DNA of 64,000 nucleotides from Candidatus Latescibacterota bacterium (GTDB lineage: Bacteria > Latescibacterota > UBA2968): positions 864,001-928,000 of the forward strand of contig OZ242320.1 of assembly GCA_965208125.1 (NCBI GenBank), given 5' to 3'. Below are positions 1 to 9,895 of this stretch, one piece after another. The translations under genes and the position numbers were made by a program. The notes below the pieces were generated by a model. That model had not been told where the DNA came from and did no database searches. It saw only the letters and a list, made by a program, of their open reading frames with translations. Every line of letters starts with the position of its first letter. The first letter of the stretch is position 1.

Positions 1-1
1 C

Positions 2-772
2 GAAATCGCCGCATTTCTCGACATCCCCGAAAGCACAGTAACCGGTCGCCTTCAGGTTGCGCGCAATCGCTTGCGCGACGAATTGATGCCGCTGGTAGAA
101 GACACACTCCGCGAAAAACGTCCGACACCTCAACTGACGCGCAAAATAATAGCCGCATTACCCCCGCTATGGTACGCAGTACCAACGCAGGCGAGCCTGC
201 TCGCCAAACTGAAAGGAACAGGCATGATAAAAATAATGGGTATCATCGGTGCAGGAATCGCGGGAACGGGATTGTACTTTGGTGGGATTTCGGCAGTCTT
301 GAATTTAGAACAAGAAAACACCGAGCCATCTCAGGTACCCCAAATACAACTCGAATTGGAAAACCCCGCTCAAAATGAGCAGTCCGTTCCTGAGAAAACT
401 GACGAGACAGAGGCCGTAGAATCTTTTTTACAAAAGGTCCAATCCGATTCCAATACAAGTGGCGACCCACAAACAGAAAAACTGGACTTCAGAATGGAAA
501 GTACGCCACAAGATTCACTGGTAAAAATTGTGTACTGGCTTCCGAAAACGATTTATTCAGACTCCGTCTTTGTAGAACTCAATTGCTATAATGTTCAGGG
601 CCTGATAGTAGCCAGGCCGGTGAATAAAATGCACAATCCCGGTTCTTATACTGTCTTCTTGTCTAAACAGGGACTTCCCGACGGAACATACTTCGTGCAA
701 TTAAAAGCAAACCGATCACCAAAAAATGCCCAGGTGAGGAAATTGAATCTAATTTGGACAGATAGAAAGTGA
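2..772 (+). CDS. ECF-type RNA polymerase sigma factor (5'-partial) with a TM helix and C-terminal FlgD/T9SS-CTD-like Ig domain
   Basis: Frame open from the window edge reads EIAAFLDIPESTVTGRLQVARNRLRDEL (sigma-70 region 4.2 HTH). It continues through hydrophobic IMGIIGAGIAGTGLYFGG to VELNCYNVQGLIVARPVN..PGSYTV..LPDGTYFVQL. Confidence 0.75.
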   Translation, partial: EIAAFLDIPESTVTGRLQVARNRLRDELMPLVEDTLREKRPTPQLTRKIIAALPPLWYAVPTQASLLAKLKGTGMIKIMGIIGAGIAGTGLYFGGISAVLNLEQENTEPSQVPQIQLELENPAQNEQSVPEKTDETEAVESFLQKVQSDSNTSGDPQTEKLDFRMESTPQDSLVKIVYWLPKTIYSDSVFVELNCYNVQGLIVARPVNKMHNPGSYTVFLSKQGLPDGTYFVQLKANRSPKNAQVRKLNLIWTDRK

Positions 773-2064
773 GGCTCAACATGTATTTCAACAAGTGCAA
801 ACTGGTAGCAAGTCTGGCGATATGTCTAATTGCATATTCCCCGTGTCTTGCACAACAGCCAACCCATTCTAAAGAAGAAATGAAGCGGTTTCGCCAATTT
901 GCGTCCGGATACCTCCCCAAGACCCCAGATCAGTATTGGGAGGGCATTCTGGGACTGGAGCAACTGCTTGCAGATTATCCCAATACCTTTTTGAAAGGCG
1001 ACATCTCCATCACCCTGTTGACTTATTACCAACAGGTCACCGATGATCCACATCTGTTGATAGAACTATGCGACAAAATGCTCGCATTGCGAATGCACAC
1101 CAATGGCGCTTATGAAACGGCTGCTCGGGCACTCGTAGATAAGAAAGTTCGGTCTGATAAAACGCTTCTATATGCACAAAACGCATTAAAAGAAGCATTG
1201 CAGAACCAGGAAAAATGGGAAAATTACGGTAAAAGAGAACTAATCTGCCGGGATCTATTGGCGCGTGCTCATCAACTCTTTGGACAACACGACCGTGCTG
1301 TCGGAGAAATAAAGACCGCGATTCGCGGTTGGCAAACCCGAGAAGATTTAGGCGACCTGGAACTGGCATCTCGGCAGGCGTCAGTAGATAGAGCAAAGAC
1401 CCACTTACTTCGGATTTATATCGACCAAAAAGCCTGGAAAACGGCTTATGAACTCGCCTCAGAATTATTGCTAACCTCAGTCATACGCCAGGATATAGCA
1501 GAACTGTGGAGCCAGGCTTATGTTGGCAAATTCGGTTCAGGTGCAGGGATGAGCAAAGCCTATGCTTCCTTAAAATCCGAGCGGAAGAAAAAAATCATCC
1601 AAAGCGTCGAAAAAGAACGCATTTTACGCTCAGCACCGGCCTTTGAAGTCCAAAAGCTGGACGGTGAAAAAATCACTTCAGAGGACTTAAAAGGCAAAGC
1701 TGTGGTACTAACGTTTTGGGCGGGATGGTGCAGCCCGTGCATTGAAGAACTGCCCTATCTCCAAAACCTCAAAGCGCAATTTCTCAAGCAAAATGTCGAA
1801 TTTTTAGCGGTAAATATCGACCAGGATGGCTCAATGCGCCGGGATATGGTCGCCAGCTTTCGGTACCAGAGCGCACCGCTCTTAACCTTTGCACTGGGCG
1901 ATCTGGAAATGCGAAAAGCGTTTGGCTCCGCCGAGATTCCCTATACATGTATCATCGATCAGAACGGACAGATTCGATATGAACGCAAAGGATTAGGTGC
2001 AGATTTCAGCGTGGCAATGGCGCATCAATTGGAGTGGATCATCGGAATGAACGAAGCACAGTGA
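769..2064 (+). CDS. Secreted TPR-like protein with C-terminal TlpA/redoxin domain
   Basis: Signal peptide, helical repeats, and APAF..LDG..DLKGKAVVLTFWAGWCSPC (CxxC). Confidence 0.85.
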   Translation: MRLNMYFNKCKLVASLAICLIAYSPCLAQQPTHSKEEMKRFRQFASGYLPKTPDQYWEGILGLEQLLADYPNTFLKGDISITLLTYYQQVTDDPHLLIELCDKMLALRMHTNGAYETAARALVDKKVRSDKTLLYAQNALKEALQNQEKWENYGKRELICRDLLARAHQLFGQHDRAVGEIKTAIRGWQTREDLGDLELASRQASVDRAKTHLLRIYIDQKAWKTAYELASELLLTSVIRQDIAELWSQAYVGKFGSGAGMSKAYASLKSERKKKIIQSVEKERILRSAPAFEVQKLDGEKITSEDLKGKAVVLTFWAGWCSPCIEELPYLQNLKAQFLKQNVEFLAVNIDQDGSMRRDMVASFRYQSAPLLTFALGDLEMRKAFGSAEIPYTCIIDQNGQIRYERKGLGADFSVAMAHQLEWIIGMNEAQ

Positions 2065-2086
2065 GCGCTATAGATAATACTCAATA

Positions 2087-2125
2087 CAAAGGGACGCGAA
2101 ACAATTCGCGTCCCTTTTGTTTTTT
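2087..2125. terminator. Bidirectional intrinsic terminator
   Basis: aaagggacgcgaa-acaa-ttcgcgtcccttt followed by T tract, between convergent genes. Confidence 0.8.
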
Positions 2126-2136
2126 AATTGCCAAAA

Positions 2137-3066
2137 TTACTGCGAGAGAATCTCATCAATCTCTTCCATCTCCTCATCACTGAGATCCCAACCAACCGTC
2201 GCGGCATTTGCCGTGACTTGCTCGGGCGTAGTAGCTCCCGCAATCACAGAGCACACACGGGGATTGGCGAGAAGCCATGCAAAAGCCAGATCGAGAATCG
2301 TGTGATCGCGTTCTCGTGCAAATTCTCCCAGCGCTTCCAGAATATCAAAATTCTTATCCGTAAACATACCGCGGTCACCCTCTGCCAAACGCGTACCCTC
2401 GGGTGCTGGTTTATCTCGACGATATTTACCCGTAAGAAAACCACTTGCAAGGGGAAAATAGGGCAAAATGCCGATATTGTAATGCTTGCAAAACGGCACA
2501 AGCTCAGCTTCAACCTCGCGGTCCAGCATACTATAGCGGGGTTGCACAGTCGAAAACGCAACCAAATTCTTCGCACGCGAAGTCCAGATCGCCTCACAGA
2601 CCTCCCACGCCATAAAATTGGAACAACCGATATAGCGCACCTTGCCCTGAGCAACGAGATAGTCAAGCGCGTGCAAAGTCTCCTCAATAGGCGTATTGGC
2701 GTCTGTCTGATGAATCTGATACAAATCGATATAATCCGTACTGAGACGTCTGAGACTCTCCTCAACCTCTTTGAGAATATGATAACGCGAATTGCCGCGC
2801 ATATTCGGTCCATCCCCCATACTCATCGACACCTTGGTCGCCAGAATGAACGCATCGCGCTTGCCCTTAATCGCCCGGCCAATATAGGACTCCGACAGCG
2901 AATCCCCGTACATATTAGCCGTATCGATCAACGTAATACCTTCATCCAGCGCCCGATCCATAACACGCGCCGTAGCTCTGGCGTCGAGACGCCAGCCGAA
3001 ATTATTGGTCCCCAACCCAATAGCCGAAACCTGAAGCCCTGAATTGCCGAGTTGCCGATATTCCAT
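2137..3066 (-). CDS. Aldo/keto reductase
   Basis: MEYRQLGNSGLQVSAIGLG, DTANMYG, SLRRLSTDYIDLYQIH. Start placed at the ATG after an AAGGAG RBS. Confidence 0.93.
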   Translation of the reverse strand: MEYRQLGNSGLQVSAIGLGTNNFGWRLDARATARVMDRALDEGITLIDTANMYGDSLSESYIGRAIKGKRDAFILATKVSMSMGDGPNMRGNSRYHILKEVEESLRRLSTDYIDLYQIHQTDANTPIEETLHALDYLVAQGKVRYIGCSNFMAWEVCEAIWTSRAKNLVAFSTVQPRYSMLDREVEAELVPFCKHYNIGILPYFPLASGFLTGKYRRDKPAPEGTRLAEGDRGMFTDKNFDILEALGEFARERDHTILDLAFAWLLANPRVCSVIAGATTPEQVTANAATVGWDLSDEEMEEIDEILSQ

Positions 3067-3080
3067 TTTCAAACTCCTTG

Positions 3081-4262
3081 TCAAAAAATATCACCCCGAT
3101 ACAACTGCTGCAAAAATTCTGCAACGGGCAAAACATCCACACCATCAAAATAATAGCTCCGCTTGCCCGTATAAACCCCCACCATGCGATCAACGCAAAT
3201 CTGTGGAGATTGACTCATATCGCGCATCTGGCGTTCCCAGCGTCTATCCCACCGGTCAGACAGCTTAACTTCGAGACACACCACATGCGCCCGAGAAGAT
3301 ACTGTTCGCTTCCGCGTTTCAATAATAAAATCGATTTCCCCTCCTGTAGCTGTGCGATAAAATGCAATAGGACGGTGTTTTTCTCGCGTGTGATTGTACA
3401 CGCGCAACTCGTGATAAATCAACGTCTCTAACGCCGTTCCCAACCAGACGCGGTCAAGCGGATCATCGAGCAACCCCGCTGCTGCACGCGCAACACCCGG
3501 ATCAAACCAGTAGAATTTGGGCCGGGTCTGCTCTCGAACTTTAATATTCGGGCGATAAGCCAAAAGCTTGTGCCCCAAAAGCGTATCTTCCAGAATCGAA
3601 AAATAGATATCGATACTGCTGCGAGAAACCGCTGCGTCTCGCGCGAGACTTTGCGCGTTAACCTGTTGGGCATTAATCTGACCAGCAATGCTTAAAAATC
3701 GGAGAAAAGGAGGCAGATTGCGCACAACCCCCTCTTCTTTAATCTCTTCTCTAATATAGGTATTAACATAAGCATCGAGAATATCGCGGGCATACTTGCG
3801 GTCTAATTGCACCGTGGGCAACAAACCGTATTGCAGTGAAAAGTCGAGATCAAAAAGCGCACCGAGTTCTGCACTACTAAACGATTCCATATGGCGAGTA
3901 ATTGCACGACCAGCAAGCAAATTAGTACCGCCCCCTCGCAACTTGCGCGCAGAAGAACCGCAAAGCACGAACCGCCATTGTTTATTTTCAATCAACCGAT
4001 GAACCTCATCCAGCAAAGCGGGAATCTTTTGAACTTCATCCAGAACAACCCAAGTCTGCTCTGGACGATTGCCGATCAAAGCCTCGAGATGATGGGGCGA
4101 CTGAGAGAGCGTGAGATAAAGTGAAGAATCGAGCAAATCGAGATAAATCGCACCGGGCAAAACCTGGCGCAAATAGGTACTCTTACCTGTTGAGCGCGGT
4201 CCAAAAAGAAAAAACGAGCGATCTGGTAATGCCAGAAGGCGTTTTAATAAAGTATTTTCCAT
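3081..4262 (-). CDS. AAA_14 ATPase with DUF4143 and C-terminal PD-(D/E)xK-like motif
   Basis: GPRSTGKS, LDEVQK, CGSSA, LLAGRA, KFYWFDPG, EIDFII..LEVK. Confidence 0.9.
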   Translation of the reverse strand: MENTLLKRLLALPDRSFFLFGPRSTGKSTYLRQVLPGAIYLDLLDSSLYLTLSQSPHHLEALIGNRPEQTWVVLDEVQKIPALLDEVHRLIENKQWRFVLCGSSARKLRGGGTNLLAGRAITRHMESFSSAELGALFDLDFSLQYGLLPTVQLDRKYARDILDAYVNTYIREEIKEEGVVRNLPPFLRFLSIAGQINAQQVNAQSLARDAAVSRSSIDIYFSILEDTLLGHKLLAYRPNIKVREQTRPKFYWFDPGVARAAAGLLDDPLDRVWLGTALETLIYHELRVYNHTREKHRPIAFYRTATGGEIDFIIETRKRTVSSRAHVVCLEVKLSDRWDRRWERQMRDMSQSPQICVDRMVGVYTGKRSYYFDGVDVLPVAEFLQQLYRGDIF

Positions 4263-4263
4263 A

Positions 4264-4328
4264 TTGCAAATTTACAAGATTATTGGAAAAAAACAACGTA
4301 AATTTACAAAACTATTGTAAATTTGCAA
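4264..4328. promoter_or_regulatory. Three copies of a 14-bp near-palindrome TTGYAAATTTRCAA directly upstream of the AAA/DUF4143 start
   Basis: ttgcaaatttacaa 4264-4277, acgtaaatttacaa 4296-4309, ttgtaaatttgcaa 4315-4328. Confidence 0.6.
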
Positions 4329-4376
4329 TACCACAGAGACAAATGACCACCCGTAGAGACAAATTTGTATGTGAAA

Positions 4377-5195
4377 TCAAAAAGAATAAGATGCAGAGAG
4401 GGACAAAGGCGTGTGGGAGCGGTTGAATTTGAGGCGGTCCAATGGAATAGATTGCCAGGTCTCATAGCTGGCAAGTTTGCCAATAATACTGCCAATACCG
4501 GCACCGACCCCAGAAATAACAACAGTTTTGGGGCTTAGAACAATATTGGCAAGCGCTGACCATCCTGTCTCATTACTTCTGTTCAAATCGGACGAGGAAA
4601 AAATGACACCAATACAAAAACCCGTAACCAGACCGGCTTTGAATCCCTTCCCGATATGGGATGTCTTGCTCAAATTAATCGACAATTGATCGAGTTCCGA
4701 AGCCGTCAGGATTTTATACTCATCGCGCTTATGCGTATCTGCCAAAACGATCAAAGAATCGCTCACACTCGCAATAATACCCGAAAATCGGCTATCTGCT
4801 GCTTCCGCAATGCCAATAACGGCTTGGTGCCCGGGTATGACGCCGGTCCGGGTCAAAAATTGACGCGCCTGGGGATTGAACTGCACGGCAATTTTTTTCG
4901 TCTTCTTTACGCGCAAATGATCAATAGACTGGTAGATAATACGGCGTCTATAGGGCAATTGGTCTGTGATAATTGTAACCGCATACCCCTGTGTGCGATT
5001 GATATAGCCTCGAAACCGACTTTTTTGTGCGCCAACAAAATACGCACCCTCGACATACGTCCCGATATCGAGTTTTTGTATTTTCTCTTTTGCATCACTC
5101 GCATAACTCTGCGTACAAAGCTGTCCCAGCAGAAATATCAGAAGTATCAAACAGATCTTAAAAGCGGGAAAAAAAAAGAAAGACAAGATAGGCAA
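4377..5195 (-). CDS. Hypothetical exported/membrane protein with glycine-zipper-like C-terminus
   Basis: N-terminal signal-like stretch, GLVTGFCIG and GVGAGIGSIIG motifs, terminal aromatic residue. Start uncertain. Confidence 0.6.
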   Translation of the reverse strand: MPILSFFFFPAFKICLILLIFLLGQLCTQSYASDAKEKIQKLDIGTYVEGAYFVGAQKSRFRGYINRTQGYAVTIITDQLPYRRRIIYQSIDHLRVKKTKKIAVQFNPQARQFLTRTGVIPGHQAVIGIAEAADSRFSGIIASVSDSLIVLADTHKRDEYKILTASELDQLSINLSKTSHIGKGFKAGLVTGFCIGVIFSSSDLNRSNETGWSALANIVLSPKTVVISGVGAGIGSIIGKLASYETWQSIPLDRLKFNRSHTPLSLSASYSF

Positions 5196-5212
5196 TCCGT
5201 GAATGGAAAATA

Positions 5213-5575
5213 TTACGTTTTGTCTTTGGATGGAATATAGCGATTGGCAAGCTCGACATAATCCTCGCGAATCGGCGAAAAAATATCGAGAGCGACACAG
5301 GGACCATCTACTGCCTCAGCCCGGTGTGGCACATGGGCGGGAATGAGAAAGGCCTCGCCGGATTCAACCGTGCGAGTCTCCCCATCAATAGTGAACTTCA
5401 TCCTCCCCTCAAGCATCATCCCCCCCTGCTCATGGGGATGGCTGTGCATCGGCACGACAGCACCCGCATCAAATTCAACGCGAGAAAGCATCAAATTCTC
5501 CCCATAAGGCGTCCGAATGCGCACGCCAGGCGCGACTTCGTTAGCAGGATATTTATCCCAATCAATAAACGACAT
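5213..5575 (-). CDS. Cupin domain protein
   Basis: HSHPHEQ and IPAHVPH cupin motifs. Confidence 0.9.
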   Translation of the reverse strand: MSFIDWDKYPANEVAPGVRIRTPYGENLMLSRVEFDAGAVVPMHSHPHEQGGMMLEGRMKFTIDGETRTVESGEAFLIPAHVPHRAEAVDGPCVALDIFSPIREDYVELANRYIPSKDKT

Positions 5576-5622
5576 CTTGTTCAGCTTTCGAAAAGTGACC
5601 AACAGGAATATTTTCTGTCCTC

Positions 5623-6066
5623 TCAGGAGACTGCACGCGCCTCTGCGTCAATCGCGCCAAAAAGTTGCCGCGTCATCAAACGGGCTGCACTGGCGTGCAT
5701 GCGCTGCCCCACAGCGGCGATTGGCCCGCCGATTTGCACATCGCCCTCAAATGAAATCCGCGTATTCTCGCCTTCAGGGGCGAGTTCCACAATACCCTCC
5801 CCCTTGACAAATCCCGTCGTACCCTTGATATCGACCACCATCGTATAGCGCTCGGGCGGTTGAATATCTGAAAGCGTGACACTACCCGTGTATTTGCCGC
5901 GAACGGGACCAATCCCCGCTGAAACGGCCATGTCATAAACCCCATCTTCCCTGTGTTCCAGCTTATCGCAACCGGGCATACAACGAGCGAGCACCTCCGG
6001 ATCAATAAGCAATTCAAAAGCGCGCTCAACCGGCGCGCCAACAGTGTGTGTACCCGTGAGTTTCAA
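5623..6066 (-). CDS. coxG: CoxG/SRPBCC family protein
   Basis: LIDPEVLARCMPGC, GIGPVRGKY, GGPIAAVGQR. TTG start after AGGAGG. Confidence 0.85.
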   Translation of the reverse strand: MKLTGTHTVGAPVERAFELLIDPEVLARCMPGCDKLEHREDGVYDMAVSAGIGPVRGKYTGSVTLSDIQPPERYTMVVDIKGTTGFVKGEGIVELAPEGENTRISFEGDVQIGGPIAAVGQRMHASAARLMTRQLFGAIDAEARAVS

Positions 6067-6077
6067 AACGCCTCCTG

Positions 6078-6118
6078 AAAAAATACAGCCCCCTCCCCGA
6101 AAGAGAAGGGGGCCTGCT
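6078..6118 (-). terminator. Terminator-like hairpin between coxM-like gene and coxG
   Basis: Minus strand caggcccccttctctttcggggagggggctg followed by tattttttc. Confidence 0.5.
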
Positions 6119-6122
6119 ACAA

Positions 6123-6980
6123 TCAAGCTGCGCGTTCAATTGCCTCGCTCAATGCCCGTTGTGCAAACACACGAGCCAAATGGGCGCGGTAATCGCCAGA
6201 CGCGTGGTGATCTTCCTGAAATTCCTCTACACCATCAGTCGCATGGGCTGCCGCATCGGCAACAGCGTCAATACCCTGCCCCACAAGCGCGTCTTCGACC
6301 GCATGTGCGCGATATGCAGCAGGTGCAACGCCGGTAACACCTACAGCTACAGAAGCGCAATTGCCTACGTCATCCAGCGTCACCTGAGCCGCAACGCCTG
6401 CAAGGGCAAAACCGGACGCAGATTGTCGCATCTTGACATACGCACCACCCGAATTCTCGGGTGGAGTGGCAATGCGAATACCAGTAAGGACCTCGCCGGG
6501 TTGCAAATCTGTAATAAAGAGATCCACAAAAAAATCTGACGCAGCAACCGAGCGTTCACCATCTGGCCCAGCAATATCGAATTGTGCATCGAGAGCGAGC
6601 ATAGTCGCCGGCCAATCTGCAGCCGGATCGGCATGGGCAATACTCCCACCCACAGTGCCCCGATTCCGCACCTGCGCATCGCCAATTTCCGCTGCAGTCT
6701 CGGGCAAAAGTGAACATTTCGAAGGCAACAAGCGATGGCTTTCCACAGCATAATGCGTGGCCAGAGCACCAATGGTAATGGTCTCATTGCCCGCCGTCAC
6801 TCTTTTTAAGCCAGCAACGCCGCCCAGGTCAATAACGACCGAAGGCGCGGCAAGACGCAATTTCATAGACGGAATCAGACTGTGACCGCCCGCCAGTACT
6901 TTGGCATCGTCGCCGAACTCCTGCACCAGCCGCATCGCGCTTCTCAGAGTTTTGGGTGCGTGATAATCAAAGGGGGTCAT
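6123..6980 (-). CDS. FAD-binding subunit of xanthine/CO dehydrogenase family (CoxM-like)
   Basis: AGGHSLIP, QVRNRGTVGGSIAHADPAAD. Confidence 0.93.
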   Translation of the reverse strand: MTPFDYHAPKTLRSAMRLVQEFGDDAKVLAGGHSLIPSMKLRLAAPSVVIDLGGVAGLKRVTAGNETITIGALATHYAVESHRLLPSKCSLLPETAAEIGDAQVRNRGTVGGSIAHADPAADWPATMLALDAQFDIAGPDGERSVAASDFFVDLFITDLQPGEVLTGIRIATPPENSGGAYVKMRQSASGFALAGVAAQVTLDDVGNCASVAVGVTGVAPAAYRAHAVEDALVGQGIDAVADAAAHATDGVEEFQEDHHASGDYRAHLARVFAQRALSEAIERAA

Positions 6981-6983
6981 TGT

Positions 6984-9317
6984 TTATGTCTCCTGCATGA
7001 GTTTCCAGAGTTTTTCAGGACGCAAAGGCAGATCGATATGTCGCACACCAAAAGGGTTTAGCGCGTCAATCACCGCATTGGCTATCGCGGGTGTAGAACC
7101 AATCGTACCCGCTTCGCCCACACCTTTGACACCCATCGGATTGACGGGCGAAGGCGTAACCGTATTCGCCAATTCAAAGCGCGGGAAATTGTGCGCTTTG
7201 GGCAAGGCATAATCCATAAATGAACCGGTGATCATCTGCCCGCTTTCGTCGTAAATGGCTTCCTCGTAAAGGGCTTGTCCCACCCCCTGTGCAATACCGC
7301 CGTGTACCTGACCTTCAACAATCAGCGGATTGATAATATTCCCGCAATCGTCAACGGCGATATAACGCTGTATCTCAACCTCACCTGTATCCGCATCAAC
7401 CTCGACCACGGCGATGTGCGTGCCAAAGGGATAGGTAAAGTTAGGCGGCTCAAAAAAGTGCGACTCAGCCAAACCGGGATCTGTGCCCTCGGGCAGTTCC
7501 ACACCCACATGAGCTACCATCGCGATTTCGCCCAAAGTGAGACCCGACTCGGGCGCACCCTGAACGCAGTATTTGCCGTCTTCAATCACAATATCCTGCG
7601 GATTGCTCTCCAGCAGATGCGCGGCAATATTGACCACTTTATCTTTCACCTTGCCCATCGCATGCACCATCGCTGTACCACCCACAGCCGTCGCGCGACT
7701 GCCAAATGTACCAATACCGTATTGTACCGCATCCGTATCGCCGTGGATAATGCGAACATCGTCAATATCAACGCCCAATCCATCGGCAATAAGCTGGGCA
7801 AAAGTGGTCTCCTGTCCCTGTCCGTGAGGCGATACACCCGTGAGCACAGTAACCTTACCCGTGGGATCTACGCGCACAGTACTGCTTTCCCAACCACCCG
7901 CGGGCATCGCAGCAGAAGGACCCATTCCGCAAATCTCCACATAAGTGGAAAATCCAATCCCGAGGTATCGTCCCTCTTCGCGCAAATTGGCCTGTTGCTC
8001 GCGCAAAGCCTCGTAATCGGCGATCTTGAGCGCCTTGTCGAGCGCAGCCGTATAATCGCCACTATCATAAGCCAGAGCAGTCCCCGTTTCAAAGGGAAAA
8101 GCATCTTTACCGATAAAGTTTTTGCGTCGCACCTCCAGAGGATCCAGATCCAGATCGTGCGCCACCACATCGATCATGCGCTCGATGAGATACGTGGCCT
8201 CGGGACGTCCCGCACCCCGATAGGCATCCGTGGCCATCTTATTCGTAAAAGCGGCTGTGAGATTCATCTGCACATTTTTAAAAGTGTAAGAACCGCACAA
8301 CATCAATCCCGTAAGCGTGGGAATGGCCGGCGTGAGCAACTGATAATACGCTCCCACATCCGCCGTAACCGTATATTTGAGGCCGAGGATCGTACCGTCG
8401 TCTTTCACCGCAAGATCGACATCTCCGGTCTGGTCGCGTCCGTGAATCGTATGCACAAAGTTTTCACGCCGTCCCTCAATCCACTTCACGGGCTGCCCGA
8501 GATATTTCGCCATATGCCCGAGCAGAGCCTCTTCGGCGTACACATTGAGCTTACAACCAAAGCCACCACCCACTTCGGGCGCGATAACGCGCACATGATT
8601 TTCGGCCATACCCAGCATAACGGATATTTGCGTGCGCAAAAGATGGGGAATTTGCGTAGATGACCATAAATTGAGCTGATCTTTACCGGGCAGATATTGG
8701 GCAACCACGCCGCGCGTCTCCATCGGATTGGGAACCAGGCGCTGATGGTCAATCCGCTGGCTAACGACATGATCGGCTTCGGCAAAAGCCGCATCCACAT
8801 CGCCCCCGGCAATACTCCAGGTAAAAGCCATATTATCGTCCCAATCTTCGTGAATAACAGGCGCGCCATCGGCAAAAGCAGCCTCAACCGAATTGATGGC
8901 ATCGAGAGGTTCATAATCGACTTCAATCAAATCCAATGCATCCTGGGCGATATACGCATCGGTCGCTGCAACAGCGGCGATGGGTTCGCCGACAAAACGC
9001 ACCTTTCCCGTAGCAAGCACGGGATGGTGGGGCACCTTAATACCGGGGAACCCCTCGGGATCTGTAGCCGCACAGGGAATTCCACCAATGACATCTTTGA
9101 CATCATCGCCAGTGACAACAGACTTGACGCCGGATAAATTTTGAGCCGCATCGGTATTAATACCATTGATGCGCGCATGGGCATAAGGGCTTCGCAAAAT
9201 CGCGACATGCAACAAATTGGGCAGCTTGATGTCATCGACATAATGTGCAAGGCCCTGAATCAATCGGGGGTCTTCTCGGCGCTTAATACGGGCGCCAACA
9301 GATTTGCTAACAGGCAT
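6984..9317 (-). CDS. Molybdopterin-binding large subunit, form II CoxL-like molybdenum hydroxylase
   Basis: VGGGFGCK, AYRGAGR (form II motif, not AYXCSFR), HGQGQET, GVKGVGEAG. Confidence 0.93.
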   Translation of the reverse strand: MPVSKSVGARIKRREDPRLIQGLAHYVDDIKLPNLLHVAILRSPYAHARINGINTDAAQNLSGVKSVVTGDDVKDVIGGIPCAATDPEGFPGIKVPHHPVLATGKVRFVGEPIAAVAATDAYIAQDALDLIEVDYEPLDAINSVEAAFADGAPVIHEDWDDNMAFTWSIAGGDVDAAFAEADHVVSQRIDHQRLVPNPMETRGVVAQYLPGKDQLNLWSSTQIPHLLRTQISVMLGMAENHVRVIAPEVGGGFGCKLNVYAEEALLGHMAKYLGQPVKWIEGRRENFVHTIHGRDQTGDVDLAVKDDGTILGLKYTVTADVGAYYQLLTPAIPTLTGLMLCGSYTFKNVQMNLTAAFTNKMATDAYRGAGRPEATYLIERMIDVVAHDLDLDPLEVRRKNFIGKDAFPFETGTALAYDSGDYTAALDKALKIADYEALREQQANLREEGRYLGIGFSTYVEICGMGPSAAMPAGGWESSTVRVDPTGKVTVLTGVSPHGQGQETTFAQLIADGLGVDIDDVRIIHGDTDAVQYGIGTFGSRATAVGGTAMVHAMGKVKDKVVNIAAHLLESNPQDIVIEDGKYCVQGAPESGLTLGEIAMVAHVGVELPEGTDPGLAESHFFEPPNFTYPFGTHIAVVEVDADTGEVEIQRYIAVDDCGNIINPLIVEGQVHGGIAQGVGQALYEEAIYDESGQMITGSFMDYALPKAHNFPRFELANTVTPSPVNPMGVKGVGEAGTIGSTPAIANAVIDALNPFGVRHIDLPLRPEKLWKLMQET

Positions 9318-9327
9318 GGGGCGCCTC

Positions 9328-9792
9328 CTATCTGGTCATTTTTTTCGATGCGTACTGAACCGCATCAACAATGTGTTGATACCCTGTACAGCGGCACAAA
9401 TTGCCTTCTATACCGCGTCGAATATCGGCTTCACTGGGTTTGGGATTGCGTTCTAAAAGCTGGTGCGCGGCAATAATCATGCCCGGGGTGCAAAAACCGC
9501 ACTGCAATCCGTGACATTCCCAGAAGCCCTCCTGAATAGGGTGCAATTCACCATTTTGGGCAAAGCCCTCAATGGTAGTAATTTCAGCACCATCGGCTTG
9601 CACTGCCAGAATCGTACACGATTTGACAGCATCTCCATTGAGCATCACACTGCACGCGCCACAAAGGCTGGTCTCACAGCCCACATGCGTGCCAGTAAGC
9701 CCGACGACATCGCGCAAAAAATGCACGAGCAACATCCGCGGTTCCACATCGTGGCTTTGATGCTCCCCGTTCACAGTGACTTCAATTTTCAC
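9328..9792 (-). CDS. 2Fe-2S small subunit (CoxS-like)
   Basis: [27 protein letters not shown]. Confidence 0.95.
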   Translation of the reverse strand: MKIEVTVNGEHQSHDVEPRMLLVHFLRDVVGLTGTHVGCETSLCGACSVMLNGDAVKSCTILAVQADGAEITTIEGFAQNGELHPIQEGFWECHGLQCGFCTPGMIIAAHQLLERNPKPSEADIRRGIEGNLCRCTGYQHIVDAVQYASKKMTR

Positions 9793-9895
9793 GCAAGCCT
9801 CCTTTGAAAAGGGGGGGAAGAAAAATAAACTTACACTCTATCGCAAGATATGGCGCATGAGAACGCCATGCAAATAGTTTCTCTTGTGTGCCAGA

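Noticed and set aside
2128-3042. 304-aa plus-strand ORF; similarly 7275-8663, 18574-19728, 21153-22163, 38076-38927, 59176-60033
   Set aside because: Antisense shadows of well-supported genes, with no recognisable motifs.
6984-9317. True aerobic CO dehydrogenase (form I coxL)
   Set aside because: Motif is AYRGAGR, not AYXCSFR; order is S-L-M and coxDEF are absent here.
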